From Kosakonia sp. H02 (lineage in GTDB: Bacteria > Pseudomonadota > Gammaproteobacteria > Enterobacterales > Enterobacteriaceae), in contig CP131915.1 of NCBI GenBank assembly GCA_030704225.1, positions 3,836,025 through 3,860,024 on the forward strand: 24,000 nucleotides of DNA. Reading direction: 5' to 3'. The stretch's first letter is position 1. Every line of letters starts with the position of its first letter. The notes beneath the pieces are model-generated. The model was not told the DNA's origin and ran no database searches. It was given only the letters and a program-made list of their open reading frames with translations. This document shows positions 8,666 through 20,030 of this stretch, piece by piece. Position numbers and translations under genes: made by a program.

Positions 8666-9946
8666 TTAAAAATCCCACTGGAATTCAATACGGGTAATAT
8701 CGTCGGCTTTCTCTTCCCAGGTATAAGACAGCCATGCGCGCAGGTTAGGCGAGCCAAACCAATATTCCAGCTGCGGGGTAATGCCAGTGCCGCCAAATTC
8801 GTCGTAAGTGTTGTAGAGGATATAACTGAACCCGGAGGCTTTTTCAGGGAACATTTGCGCGCCAACCGTTGCTGAATAACCGAGGCCGCCTTTTGCCCAG
8901 CCGCGTTTTTTAATCAGCGCTTTGGACTCGCTGTTATCGCGTTTTGAATAAGCAGTCTGACCAACAAGACGATATTGTTTCCCGATATTGGCATACCCCG
9001 CCAGCGCCCAGGTATAAAGCGAGGTGCTGTCGCGCGCATATTTTGAATCGGCATTTTTAGTAGTCTGACCAACAAGACGATATTGTTTCCCGATATTGGC
9101 ATACCCCGCCAGCGCCCAGGTATAAAGCGAGGTGCTGTCGCGCGCATATTTTGAATCGGCATTTTTAGTGTCGCCACGTTGTGTTGCGGCGATATCGACG
9201 TTACCCACGATACTGGTGCTGCCAACCGTGACAGAAGGTTGGCCGTTATGCATTGAGGCGTATACGCCATAATCACCTGGACGGAAACTGTAGAGATCAT
9301 CCGTTTGATAACCGATATCGACGCCAAAGATTTTGGATGTGCGATCGTAGCTGCCTGCGAGGAAGAGATTGTCAGGAAATTGTTTCTTATAAAGAAACTT
9401 GCCCGCGTTTTTTACACCTGCATCGGCCTGGGTATCCAGTAATCCCTGCGAACCCATATCGACCGCAAAGAAGCTCCATGTCGCGGTATGTTTACCGTAC
9501 ATAAACGCCCCAAGATCGTCATGGGAGATACCTACCCGGAATTGTTCCCATTTGACGGTATCATCAAAATCATTAAATTCGTTGATGGTTTCTCCATGCA
9601 GACGGCTATAGTTTTCCTGTCCCCGCATCCAGAAATCACCTACCAGCGCCGTTTTATCCGCAAAGTATGTTTTTCCCCGAAGTCGGCCATTCAATTGAAG
9701 ATATTCAGCATTACGGGCATTTTCATTCGTGTATGAACCCTTGACGCGAAATGTCGCATACCAGCGAGAGTCTTTCGACAGGTCGGTCAACGCAGGGACA
9801 GTGCTCCCTTTATTCGCGGAAAGGTAATTTTCTACTACATCGTCACGTTTGCTGGATGTATTTTCTTCAGCGTATACCGAACCAGCAAAGAGTGTTGAGG
9901 CAATCAGTAAAGAGAGAAAAGTACGTGTTGTTTTTATGTTCATCAT
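8666..9946 (-). CDS. Outer-membrane beta-barrel porin-like protein (family not recognised by eye)
   Basis: I prefer the start at MMNIKTTRTFLSLLIASTLFAGSVYA/EENT, a classic Sec signal with an AxA-like cleavage site, over the track start at 10063. The sequence has alternating aromatic/polar beta-strand character and a C-terminal ...EFQWDF with terminal Phe. Confidence 0.7.
   Translation of the reverse strand: MMNIKTTRTFLSLLIASTLFAGSVYAEENTSSKRDDVVENYLSANKGSTVPALTDLSKDSRWYATFRVKGSYTNENARNAEYLQLNGRLRGKTYFADKTALVGDFWMRGQENYSRLHGETINEFNDFDDTVKWEQFRVGISHDDLGAFMYGKHTATWSFFAVDMGSQGLLDTQADAGVKNAGKFLYKKQFPDNLFLAGSYDRTSKIFGVDIGYQTDDLYSFRPGDYGVYASMHNGQPSVTVGSTSIVGNVDIAATQRGDTKNADSKYARDSTSLYTWALAGYANIGKQYRLVGQTTKNADSKYARDSTSLYTWALAGYANIGKQYRLVGQTAYSKRDNSESKALIKKRGWAKGGLGYSATVGAQMFPEKASGFSYILYNTYDEFGGTGITPQLEYWFGSPNLRAWLSYTWEEKADDITRIEFQWDF
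8954..9169. repeat. Perfect 2 x 108-bp in-frame tandem duplication inside the porin gene
   Basis: 8954-9061 and 9062-9169 are identical base for base when compared by hand. They encode TKNADSKYARDSTSLYTWALAGYANIGKQYRLVGQT twice. There is AGT microhomology at the unit ends. Confidence 0.95.
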
Positions 9947-10177
9947 AGTTAGCCAGAGTTCTTGTCTTCCGGGAGCAATAAATGCGTCGGCCGGTTGAAC
10001 AATAATTATAAAACAGTGCGTGACAGAGTTTGACGTATTAAAACGCCATTGCCTGTGCGCCATTCAAATTAACCAAAGCGGAATCATCCTTAATGTCTGT
10101 AATAAAATACTGCGACGTTAGTTGTTCGATATCGTTAATATTTTTCTCCTCTGGTACTGGGCGTGTAACTAATGGGC

Positions 10178-10231
10178 AAAAAAAAACCTAAATCGGGAGA
10201 GATAAACAACATCTTCACCGATTTAGGTTTT
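10178..10231 (-). terminator. Rho-independent terminator overlapping the minus-strand RAT
   Basis: The minus-strand RNA reads AAAACCUAAAUCGG-21 nt loop-CCGAUUUAGGUUUU followed by a U-run (A9 at 10178-10186 on the plus strand). The 5' arm shares AAAACC with the RAT. Confidence 0.75.
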
Positions 10232-10255
10232 GCCTGTTAAGAACAGTAACAATCC
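10226..10255 (-). promoter_or_regulatory. RAT (ribonucleic antiterminator) target of a BglG/SacY/LicT-family protein, minus strand
   Basis: The reverse complement is GGATTGTTACTGTTCTTAACAGGCAAAACC. It matches the GGATTGTTACTG...CAGGCAAAACC RAT consensus as I remember it, and is 30/30 identical to the plus-strand copy at 10464-10493. Confidence 0.8.
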
Positions 10256-10268
10256 TTAATCTGATGCA

Positions 10269-10297
10269 CTTATAAAATTAACAGATCGTGTTAGCAA
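10269..10297 (-). promoter_or_regulatory. Candidate sigma70 promoter for the porin-sulfatase transcript
   Basis: The minus strand reads TTGCTA-17 nt-TATAAG. The predicted start is near 10262, only about 7 nt before the RAT. Confidence 0.4.
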
Positions 10298-10323
10298 GCT
10301 CTTTTTAGCGTTAATCATCAGTC

Positions 10324-10339
10324 TGTGAGATGACTCACT
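10324..10339. promoter_or_regulatory. Candidate CRP site TGTGA-gatgac-TCACT
   Basis: Matches TGTGA-N6-TCACA at 9/10 positions. Its centre is about 70 bp upstream of the predicted minus-strand start, a class-I-like spacing. Confidence 0.45.
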
Positions 10340-10391
10340 TTTTATTATTTATCCTAAAAATAGTTTGGCTTCAGAAAGATCGGCTTGTTAA

Positions 10392-10407
10392 TGCGATCAG
10401 TGTCACA
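10392..10407. promoter_or_regulatory. Candidate CRP site TGCGA-tcagtg-TCACA
   Basis: Matches the consensus at 9/10 positions. Its centre is about 60 bp upstream of the predicted plus-strand start, a class-I-like spacing. Confidence 0.4.
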
Positions 10408-10424
10408 TTTCTTAATGTGCGCCA

Positions 10425-10452
10425 TTGCATACAACAAGCTGCCTGTTAATCT
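10425..10452 (+). promoter_or_regulatory. Candidate sigma70 promoter for the sulfatase-maturase-antiterminator transcript
   Basis: Reads TTGCAT-16 nt-TAATCT. The predicted start is near 10459, about 5 nt before the RAT, mirroring the geometry of the minus-strand promoter. The -10 element is weak. Confidence 0.3.
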
Positions 10453-10463
10453 CGCCAGCAGTT

Positions 10464-10493
10464 GGATTGTTACTGTTCTTAACAGGCAAAACC
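10464..10493 (+). promoter_or_regulatory. RAT target of a BglG-family antiterminator, plus strand
   Basis: GGATTGTTACTGTTCTTAACAGGCAAAACC. Its 3' AAAACC is part of the 5' arm of the terminator that follows. Confidence 0.8.
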
Positions 10494-10540
10494 AGATAAG
10501 TTTTTTCCTTCTTGAGGATCAGCTTATCTGGTTTTTTTTT
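10488..10540 (+). terminator. Rho-independent terminator overlapping the RAT, 30 nt before the sulfatase ATG
   Basis: AAAACCAGATAAG...CTTATCTGGTTTT is a 13-bp stem with a small inner TCCT/AGGA helix, and it runs into T9-10. Confidence 0.75.
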
Positions 10541-10570
10541 GGGATTTATCGGTCAGGCAGGGCTGAAATA

Positions 10571-12301
10571 ATGAAAAAAATACTTGTCCCGGGATTGCTG
10601 TCAATATGCATTGCTCAGCAGGTACAGGCAGCGGATTTTTCCGCACAGGCCAATAGCCAGCGTCCAAATATTGTGTTGATCCTTGCCGAAGATATGAATC
10701 CCCGGTTGGGCGCGTACGGCGATCCCAATGCGGTAACGCCGAATATTGATGCGCTGGCGAAAGAGTCCGTGTTGTTTACCAACGCATTTACAATGGCGGG
10801 CGTCAGCGCACCTTCCCGCGCGGGGTTGATTACCGGCATGCCTCAACAGGCCACCGGTTTGCTGCATATGAGAACCGCGACCTATAAACATAAATATCAG
10901 GGCGTACCCCCCTCTTATGTGAAAGCTTATCCTGAATTATTGCGTGCAAACGGCTATTTCACCTATAACGACACGAAAACTGATTACCAGTTTACGGACG
11001 GGCATGCGGACGTCGGGCCATTTACCATCTGGAGCGCACATGGATCTTATTCTAATCTGGATGATTTGAGGGTGCCGGCCGCGTGGGAAAATTATGACCT
11101 GAAAGGAAAACCTTTCTTCATTAATCTCAACCCGCAGATAACGCACGAGTCAGGCATTTTTACTGCTGAAAATGTCGCTAAAATTCAGCCCGCTTTTAAA
11201 GAATTACCCGCTTTGTGGGATAAGCTACGCGCGCATTATACGCTGCCCGACATAGATCCAGCGAAGCTACAACTTGATCCGTACTGGAAAGACACAAAAC
11301 AGGTCAGAAATGAACTGGCATTGTTTTACAAGAATATCAGCGTCATGGATCAGCAAGTGGGGAATATAATAAACAGGCTTAAGAAAGACGGACTTTGGAA
11401 TAACACTATCGTTATTTTTGCTGCTGATAACGGAGATGGTTTGCCTCGTCATAAACGTGAGGGTTATGACTCCGGGACGCATGTTCCATTAATTATTCAT
11501 GTCCCTGAAAAATATACTCCTGTTGGCTGGAAATCAGCGGGCGAAAAAGACGACAGGTTACTTTCATTTGAAGATTTAGCACCGACAATTCTTGGTTTTA
11601 GTGGCGCAAAAATACCTTTTTATATGAAGGGAATTAACTTATCTCAGGATAATCCTCCTGAGAGAAAGTATATTTTCTCCGCCAGAGGGCGTATGGATGA
11701 GATTTACCTTAGGTCATACTATGTCCGCGATAAGCACTTCCAGTATGTGCAGAATATAGACAAAACGCCCAATGGCGAACATATTGCATTTCGTGATGTT
11801 CTGGATACCACCAGAGCACTGAATGAGGCGCATCAGCATGGCACGCTTAATGCAGAACAGGAAGCGTGGTTTAGCCGCAAACCTGCTGAGGAACTTTACG
11901 ATCTGCAACAGGATCCCTGGCAATTGCACAACATTGCCGGCAATACCGCCGCCGAACCCACGCTCACGCTGTTTCGTCAGAAACTGGAGCAATGGCGTAA
12001 CGAAACCAACGATATGGGGGTCATCCCCGAAGAGCAAATGGTTAAAGATTTACAGGACGCAAATGGCCAGGCGCGTGTGACGCTTCCCCCGGTTGCGGAA
12101 CTTAATCCCCTGACCAACAAAATTTATATTGCTAACCGGACGGATGGCGCCTCTATTGGTTACAGTCTGGACGGTAAAAACTGGGAGCTGTATAGCGGCG
12201 CGTTCCCGGCACCATCAGGGATTAATTCTCTCTTCATTAAAGCGGTTCGTTATGGCTGGAAGGAGAGTGAAGTTCAGCAGTTTGAGTTATCCAGACAATA
12301 A
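10571..12301 (+). CDS. Secreted Ser-type sulfatase (iduronate-2-sulfatase-like N-terminal region) with an extra C-terminal domain
   Basis: I prefer the start at ATG 10571 (MKKILVPGLLSICIAQQVQA/AD is a Sec signal). The track start at 10385 would read through the RAT and terminator. Motifs include NIVLILAEDMNPRLGAYGD and the signature S-A-P-S-R-AGLI-TG, with Ser in place of Cys. Confidence 0.85.
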   Translation: MKKILVPGLLSICIAQQVQAADFSAQANSQRPNIVLILAEDMNPRLGAYGDPNAVTPNIDALAKESVLFTNAFTMAGVSAPSRAGLITGMPQQATGLLHMRTATYKHKYQGVPPSYVKAYPELLRANGYFTYNDTKTDYQFTDGHADVGPFTIWSAHGSYSNLDDLRVPAAWENYDLKGKPFFINLNPQITHESGIFTAENVAKIQPAFKELPALWDKLRAHYTLPDIDPAKLQLDPYWKDTKQVRNELALFYKNISVMDQQVGNIINRLKKDGLWNNTIVIFAADNGDGLPRHKREGYDSGTHVPLIIHVPEKYTPVGWKSAGEKDDRLLSFEDLAPTILGFSGAKIPFYMKGINLSQDNPPERKYIFSARGRMDEIYLRSYYVRDKHFQYVQNIDKTPNGEHIAFRDVLDTTRALNEAHQHGTLNAEQEAWFSRKPAEELYDLQQDPWQLHNIAGNTAAEPTLTLFRQKLEQWRNETNDMGVIPEEQMVKDLQDANGQARVTLPPVAELNPLTNKIYIANRTDGASIGYSLDGKNWELYSGAFPAPSGINSLFIKAVRYGWKESEVQQFELSRQ

Positions 12302-12357
12302 AAAGAAACGGTTATCCGTCAATGAAACAGCGCACATGGGCAGCAGCGAGGTAAGCA

Positions 12358-13584
12358 ATGAGCCAGACGTTCACCAATTTCCAGTTGATGGCAAAACCTT
12401 CCGGTTCTGTTTGCAACATTGACTGTACCTACTGTTTTTATCTGGAGAAAGAGCATCTCTATCCGGAACGAAAAGCGCGCTGGAAGATGGATGCCACTAC
12501 GCTTGAAAACTACGTCCGAAAAAATATCCAGTCACAAAATAATGAGGTAGTGGATTTTCTCTGGCAGGGCGGAGAACCCACCTTAATGGGGCTGGATTAC
12601 TTTCGTGAAGCTGTGCGCTTACAAAATCAGTACCGTGGCCTTAAACACATTAATAATTACTTCCAGACCAACGGTACGAATCTGGATGACGATTGGGCGG
12701 TTTTTCTCAAAGAGAACAATTTTCTGGTCGGCTTGTCGATAGATGGCGACAGGATCAGCAATGACACTTACCGGCTCACCCGTTCAGGCAAAAGCACCTT
12801 TGATGCGGTGATGAACGGCCTTGAAGCGCTTAAACGGCATAAAGTGGAGTTCAATACGCTTACCGTTGTGAATGCCGAAAACGTTAAACGACCGATGGAT
12901 GTTTATAATTTTCTGAAACGGATCGGCAGTCGCTATATGCAGTTTATTCCGCTGGTTGAAAGGGCTGCCGCAAAGCCGGATGCCAATGGATTGACCCTGA
13001 TTCAGCCTGATTTCTCCGGGCAGTGTAGTGTTACCGACTGGTCGGTGCCTGCAAAAGCCTGGGGGCAATTTATGAACTGCATCTTTGATCATTGGATCCA
13101 ACACGATATCGGTAACGTTTTTGTCATGAATTTTGAGCAAACGCTGGCGAAGATGTGCGGGCAACTCAGTGCCTGTGTGATTAATGAAACGTGCGGCACA
13201 AACCTTATTGTTGAAGCGAACGGTGATGTTTACTCATGCGATCATTTCGTTTATCCAGAGAACAAACTCGGCAATCTCAACGAAGATGATTTGCTGGCGC
13301 TGGTGAATAAGCCCGAAAACATTGCCTTTGGGCAAAATAAAAAGAACGGCATCAGTAAAGATTGCCTCAATTGTATGGTTCGTCCAGTGTGCAACGGCGG
13401 TTGCCCCAAACATCGTTTTGAAATTTCCAGCGATGGTCGGCCCAATAAGAACTATTTGTGCGAAGGGTTTGCAACCCATTTGTTTCATGTCGTCCCCAAA
13501 ATGAAGACGTTGCTCTCTATGCTGCAATCCGATATGCCGCCAGGAAAAATTCGTCGGGAGATAAAGCAACACTACTACCGGTGA
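12358..13584 (+). CDS. Anaerobic sulfatase-maturating enzyme (radical SAM, SPASM domain)
   Basis: A 408-aa ORF. It has the CNIDCTYC (CxxxCxxC) radical-SAM cluster motif near the N-terminus, GGEPTL, and C-terminal Cys clusters CDHFVYP...CLNCMVRPVCNGGCPKHR. GAGGT lies upstream of the ATG. It is directly downstream of the Ser-type sulfatase. Confidence 0.9.
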   Translation: MSQTFTNFQLMAKPSGSVCNIDCTYCFYLEKEHLYPERKARWKMDATTLENYVRKNIQSQNNEVVDFLWQGGEPTLMGLDYFREAVRLQNQYRGLKHINNYFQTNGTNLDDDWAVFLKENNFLVGLSIDGDRISNDTYRLTRSGKSTFDAVMNGLEALKRHKVEFNTLTVVNAENVKRPMDVYNFLKRIGSRYMQFIPLVERAAAKPDANGLTLIQPDFSGQCSVTDWSVPAKAWGQFMNCIFDHWIQHDIGNVFVMNFEQTLAKMCGQLSACVINETCGTNLIVEANGDVYSCDHFVYPENKLGNLNEDDLLALVNKPENIAFGQNKKNGISKDCLNCMVRPVCNGGCPKHRFEISSDGRPNKNYLCEGFATHLFHVVPKMKTLLSMLQSDMPPGKIRREIKQHYYR

Positions 13585-13617
13585 AGATATTTCCACCGAT
13601 CCAGATTGTTTGCTTAG

Positions 13618-14469
<852 letters not shown>

Positions 14470-14492
14470 TCTCCTCCGGGCTATCTAAAAAA

Positions 14493-14522
14493 GGATTGTT
14501 ACTGCGTTAAGCAGGCAAAACC
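14493..14522 (+). promoter_or_regulatory. RAT target, third copy
   Basis: GGATTGTTACTGCGTTAAGCAGGCAAAACC, located 24 nt after the antiterminator stop codon. Confidence 0.85.
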
Positions 14523-14562
14523 TGAGCGCGGCTCTTTTTAAGAGCTGTTCTCGGGTTTTTTT
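14518..14562 (+). terminator. Rho-independent terminator overlapping RAT 3
   Basis: AAACCTGAG pairs with CTCGGGTTT (one G-U pair), with an inner GCTCT/AGAGC helix. It is followed by T7-A-T6. Confidence 0.75.
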
Positions 14563-14575
14563 ATTTTTTACCTAA

Positions 14576-17890
<3,315 letters not shown>

Positions 17891-17904
17891 CTTGTAACCT
17901 CATT

Positions 17905-18000
17905 GAAATAAAAAATCCACGCAAAAGCGTGGATTTTTGTGAAGCGAAAAGGGCAATCAGACGTTAAACAAGAAGTTCATCACATCGCCATCTTTAACGA
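17905..18000. repeat. Right copy of the island-flanking direct repeat (functional ychF 3' end plus terminator)
   Basis: Partner of 2671-2766; see that feature. Confidence 0.8.
17910..17938. terminator. Bidirectional rho-independent terminator shared by the phospho-beta-glucosidase gene and ychF
   Basis: ATCCACGC-aaaa-GCGTGGAT with an A-run before it and a T-run after it, located between convergent stops at 17890 and 17957. Confidence 0.75.
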
Positions 18001-19048
18001 TGTAATCTTTCCCTTCGGAGCGCATTTTGCCGGCTTCTTTCGCGCCTTGCTCACCTTTGTAGGTAATGAAATCTTCATAAGCGATGGTTTGTGCGCGAAT
18101 AAAACCTTTCTCGAAGTCGGTGTGGATTTTACCGGCGGCCTGCGGCGCGGTTGCGCCAACCGGAATAGTCCAGGCGCGCACTTCTTTTACGCCAGCGGTG
18201 AAGTAGGTTTGCAGGTTCAGCAGTTCGTAACCGGCGCGGATCACGCGGTTCAGGCCCGGCTCTTCCAGACCCAGTTCGGCCATAAACTCGTCACGATCGG
18301 CATCGTCCAGCTCGGCGATATCCGATTCAACCGCCGCGCACACCGCAACCACCACAGAACCCTCTTTGGCGGCGATTTCACGCACGGTGTCGAGATAGGG
18401 GTTGTTTTCGAAACCATCTTCATTGACGTTGGCAATGTACATGGTCGGTTTCAGCGTCAGGAAGCTCAGGTAGCGGATCGCTGCTTTGTCTTCGTCGCTC
18501 AGATCCAGCGAGCGCAGCATCCCGGCGTTTTCCAGCTGCGGCAGGCATTTTTCCAGCGCGGCCAGCTCGGCTTTTGCGTCTTTATCGCCGCCTTTGGCTT
18601 TTTTCTGCACGCGGTGAATCGCACGTTCGCAGGTATCCAGATCCGCCAGCGCCAGTTCAGTATTGATAACGTCAATGTCTTCTGCCGGATCGACTTTGTT
18701 ATTAACGTGAATGATGTTGTCATTCTCAAAGCAGCGCACCACGTGGCCGATCGCTTCCGTTTCGCGGATGTTGGTCAGGAACTGGTTACCCAGGCCTTCG
18801 CCTTTGGAGGCGCCTTTTACCAGACCGGCGATGTCCACGAATTCCATGGTAGTCGGCAGAATACGCTGCGGTTTAACGATTTCCGCGAGTTTATCCAGAC
18901 GCGGATCGGGCATCGGTACGACACCGGTGTTCGGCTCAATGGTACAGAACGGGAAGTTGGCCGCTTCGATACCCGCTTTGGTGAGCGCATTGAACAGGGT
19001 GGATTTACCTACGTTAGGCAGACCGACGATACCGCATTTGAATCCCAT
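17957..19048 (-). CDS. ychF: Ribosome-binding ATPase YchF
   Basis: A 363-aa ORF starting [23 protein letters not shown] and ending ...[12 protein letters not shown]. It is essentially the E. coli YchF sequence as I remember it. Confidence 0.97.
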   Translation of the reverse strand: MGFKCGIVGLPNVGKSTLFNALTKAGIEAANFPFCTIEPNTGVVPMPDPRLDKLAEIVKPQRILPTTMEFVDIAGLVKGASKGEGLGNQFLTNIRETEAIGHVVRCFENDNIIHVNNKVDPAEDIDVINTELALADLDTCERAIHRVQKKAKGGDKDAKAELAALEKCLPQLENAGMLRSLDLSDEDKAAIRYLSFLTLKPTMYIANVNEDGFENNPYLDTVREIAAKEGSVVVAVCAAVESDIAELDDADRDEFMAELGLEEPGLNRVIRAGYELLNLQTYFTAGVKEVRAWTIPVGATAPQAAGKIHTDFEKGFIRAQTIAYEDFITYKGEQGAKEAGKMRSEGKDYIVKDGDVMNFLFNV

Positions 19049-19174
19049 GATGTAATTACCTTAATCTCTTGATAATCAACCCGTTGCGAAAAACGGATTG
19101 TAGAAAAGTGAAAAACTTCGCCTAGTATACACATAACCGCTGTAACGCGCGGCAAAAAAGCCGCCGCAGCCCGG

Positions 19175-19759
19175 TTACTGTGCTTTAAAGGCGTGCAGCC
19201 GGTTGGTCGCTTTGGTCAACCCTTCTTTCAGCCAAATCTCGGTGCAACGCGCCGCTTCGTCTACCGCCTCGTCGATCAGTTTCTGCTCGGAAACCGGCGG
19301 TTTACCCAGCACAAAACCGACAACTTTGTTTTTATCGCCCGGATGACCGATTCCGACGCGCAAACGGTGGAAATTCGGGTTATTGCCCAGTTTGCTGATG
19401 ATGTCTTTCAGACCATTATGGCCGCCGTGGCCCCCGCCAAGTTTGAACTTCGCCACGCCTGGTGGCAGATCCAGCTCATCATGGGCCACCAGGATCTCAT
19501 CGGGGTTGATGCGATAAAAGGTCGCCATTGCCGCAACCGCTTTACCGCTCAGGTTCATAAATGTCGTGGGGACGAGCAGACGCACATCTTCGCCTGCCAG
19601 CGTAATGCGCGAGGTATAGCCAAAAAACTTCGGCTCGTCGCGTAGCGGGACGCGGGCGCGATCCGCCAGTAAATCCACATACCAGGCACCCGCGTTATGG
19701 CGTGTCGCGGCGTATTCGGCACCGGGGTTCGCCAGCCCGACAATCAATTTAATCGTCAC
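19175..19759 (-). CDS. pth: Peptidyl-tRNA hydrolase
   Basis: A 194-aa ORF: [26 protein letters not shown]...HAFKAQ. The start codon is GTG (cac at 19757-19759), with AGGAA 6 nt upstream. Confidence 0.95.
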   Translation of the reverse strand: MTIKLIVGLANPGAEYAATRHNAGAWYVDLLADRARVPLRDEPKFFGYTSRITLAGEDVRLLVPTTFMNLSGKAVAAMATFYRINPDEILVAHDELDLPPGVAKFKLGGGHGGHNGLKDIISKLGNNPNFHRLRVGIGHPGDKNKVVGFVLGKPPVSEQKLIDEAVDEAARCTEIWLKEGLTKATNRLHAFKAQ

Positions 19760-19933
19760 TTTTCATTCCTGACCAGGTCAATGTCCGGCGCGTAGTTTAC
19801 GTTGTGCGAAGCGCGATGACAAAATTCTCACCGGAAAGAAGGGGAAATGATAATAATTGCTCTCGTCAACCATTCGATTTTCAAGTAGTTCAGTGGGTTA
19901 TATGTAAATTTTTGTTAGTCGGATATGTGTAAT

Positions 19934-19976
19934 TGTGATCGTGTCCGCAACCGCTTAAAAGTGCGCTGCCTATACT
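19934..19976 (+). promoter_or_regulatory. Candidate ychH promoter: CRP half-site-rich box TGTGA-tcgtgt-CCGCA plus -10 TATACT
   Basis: The CRP-like box at 19934-19949 is centred about 41 bp upstream of the start implied by TATACT (19971-19976), which is class-II geometry. The right half-site is weak (3/5). I recall ychH as a CRP-activated gene in E. coli. Confidence 0.35.
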
Positions 19977-20030
19977 TTACGCACAAGGATTGGGGTTATC
20001 CCATCCAACCCATCGTTCCGGAGGTGACAG

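Noticed and set aside
9947-10063. N-terminal 39-aa extension of the porin ORF
   Set aside because: It would place the signal peptide internally. The downstream MMNIKTTRTF... start gives a canonical signal sequence.
10330-10449. A 39-codon ORF (MTHFLLFILKIVWLQKDRLVNAISVTFLNVRHCIQQAAC) in the divergent promoter region
   Set aside because: There is no convincing SD sequence. It overlaps both CRP-like boxes and the predicted plus-strand promoter. An AT-rich intergenic region generates such frames by chance, and this cannot be evaluated without conservation or ribosome-profiling data.
10385-10570. N-terminal 62-aa extension of the Ser-type sulfatase ORF in the track
   Set aside because: It would be translated across the RAT and the terminator hairpin and U-run, and would bury the obvious Sec signal that starts at ATG 10571.
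17939-19072. A 377-aa plus-strand ORF covering the whole ychF locus
   Set aside because: It is exactly antisense to the highly conserved ychF and has a low-complexity, Phe/Gly/Arg/Val-rich shadow-frame composition. It has no RBS, and its start lies inside the terminator hairpin.
19120-19174. Small GCGGC-TTTTTT-GCCGC hairpin just downstream of pth (minus strand), as a possible pth terminator
   Set aside because: It has only a 5-bp stem and no trailing U-run. pth and ychF are likely co-transcribed or read from an internal promoter, so it is not strong enough to call.
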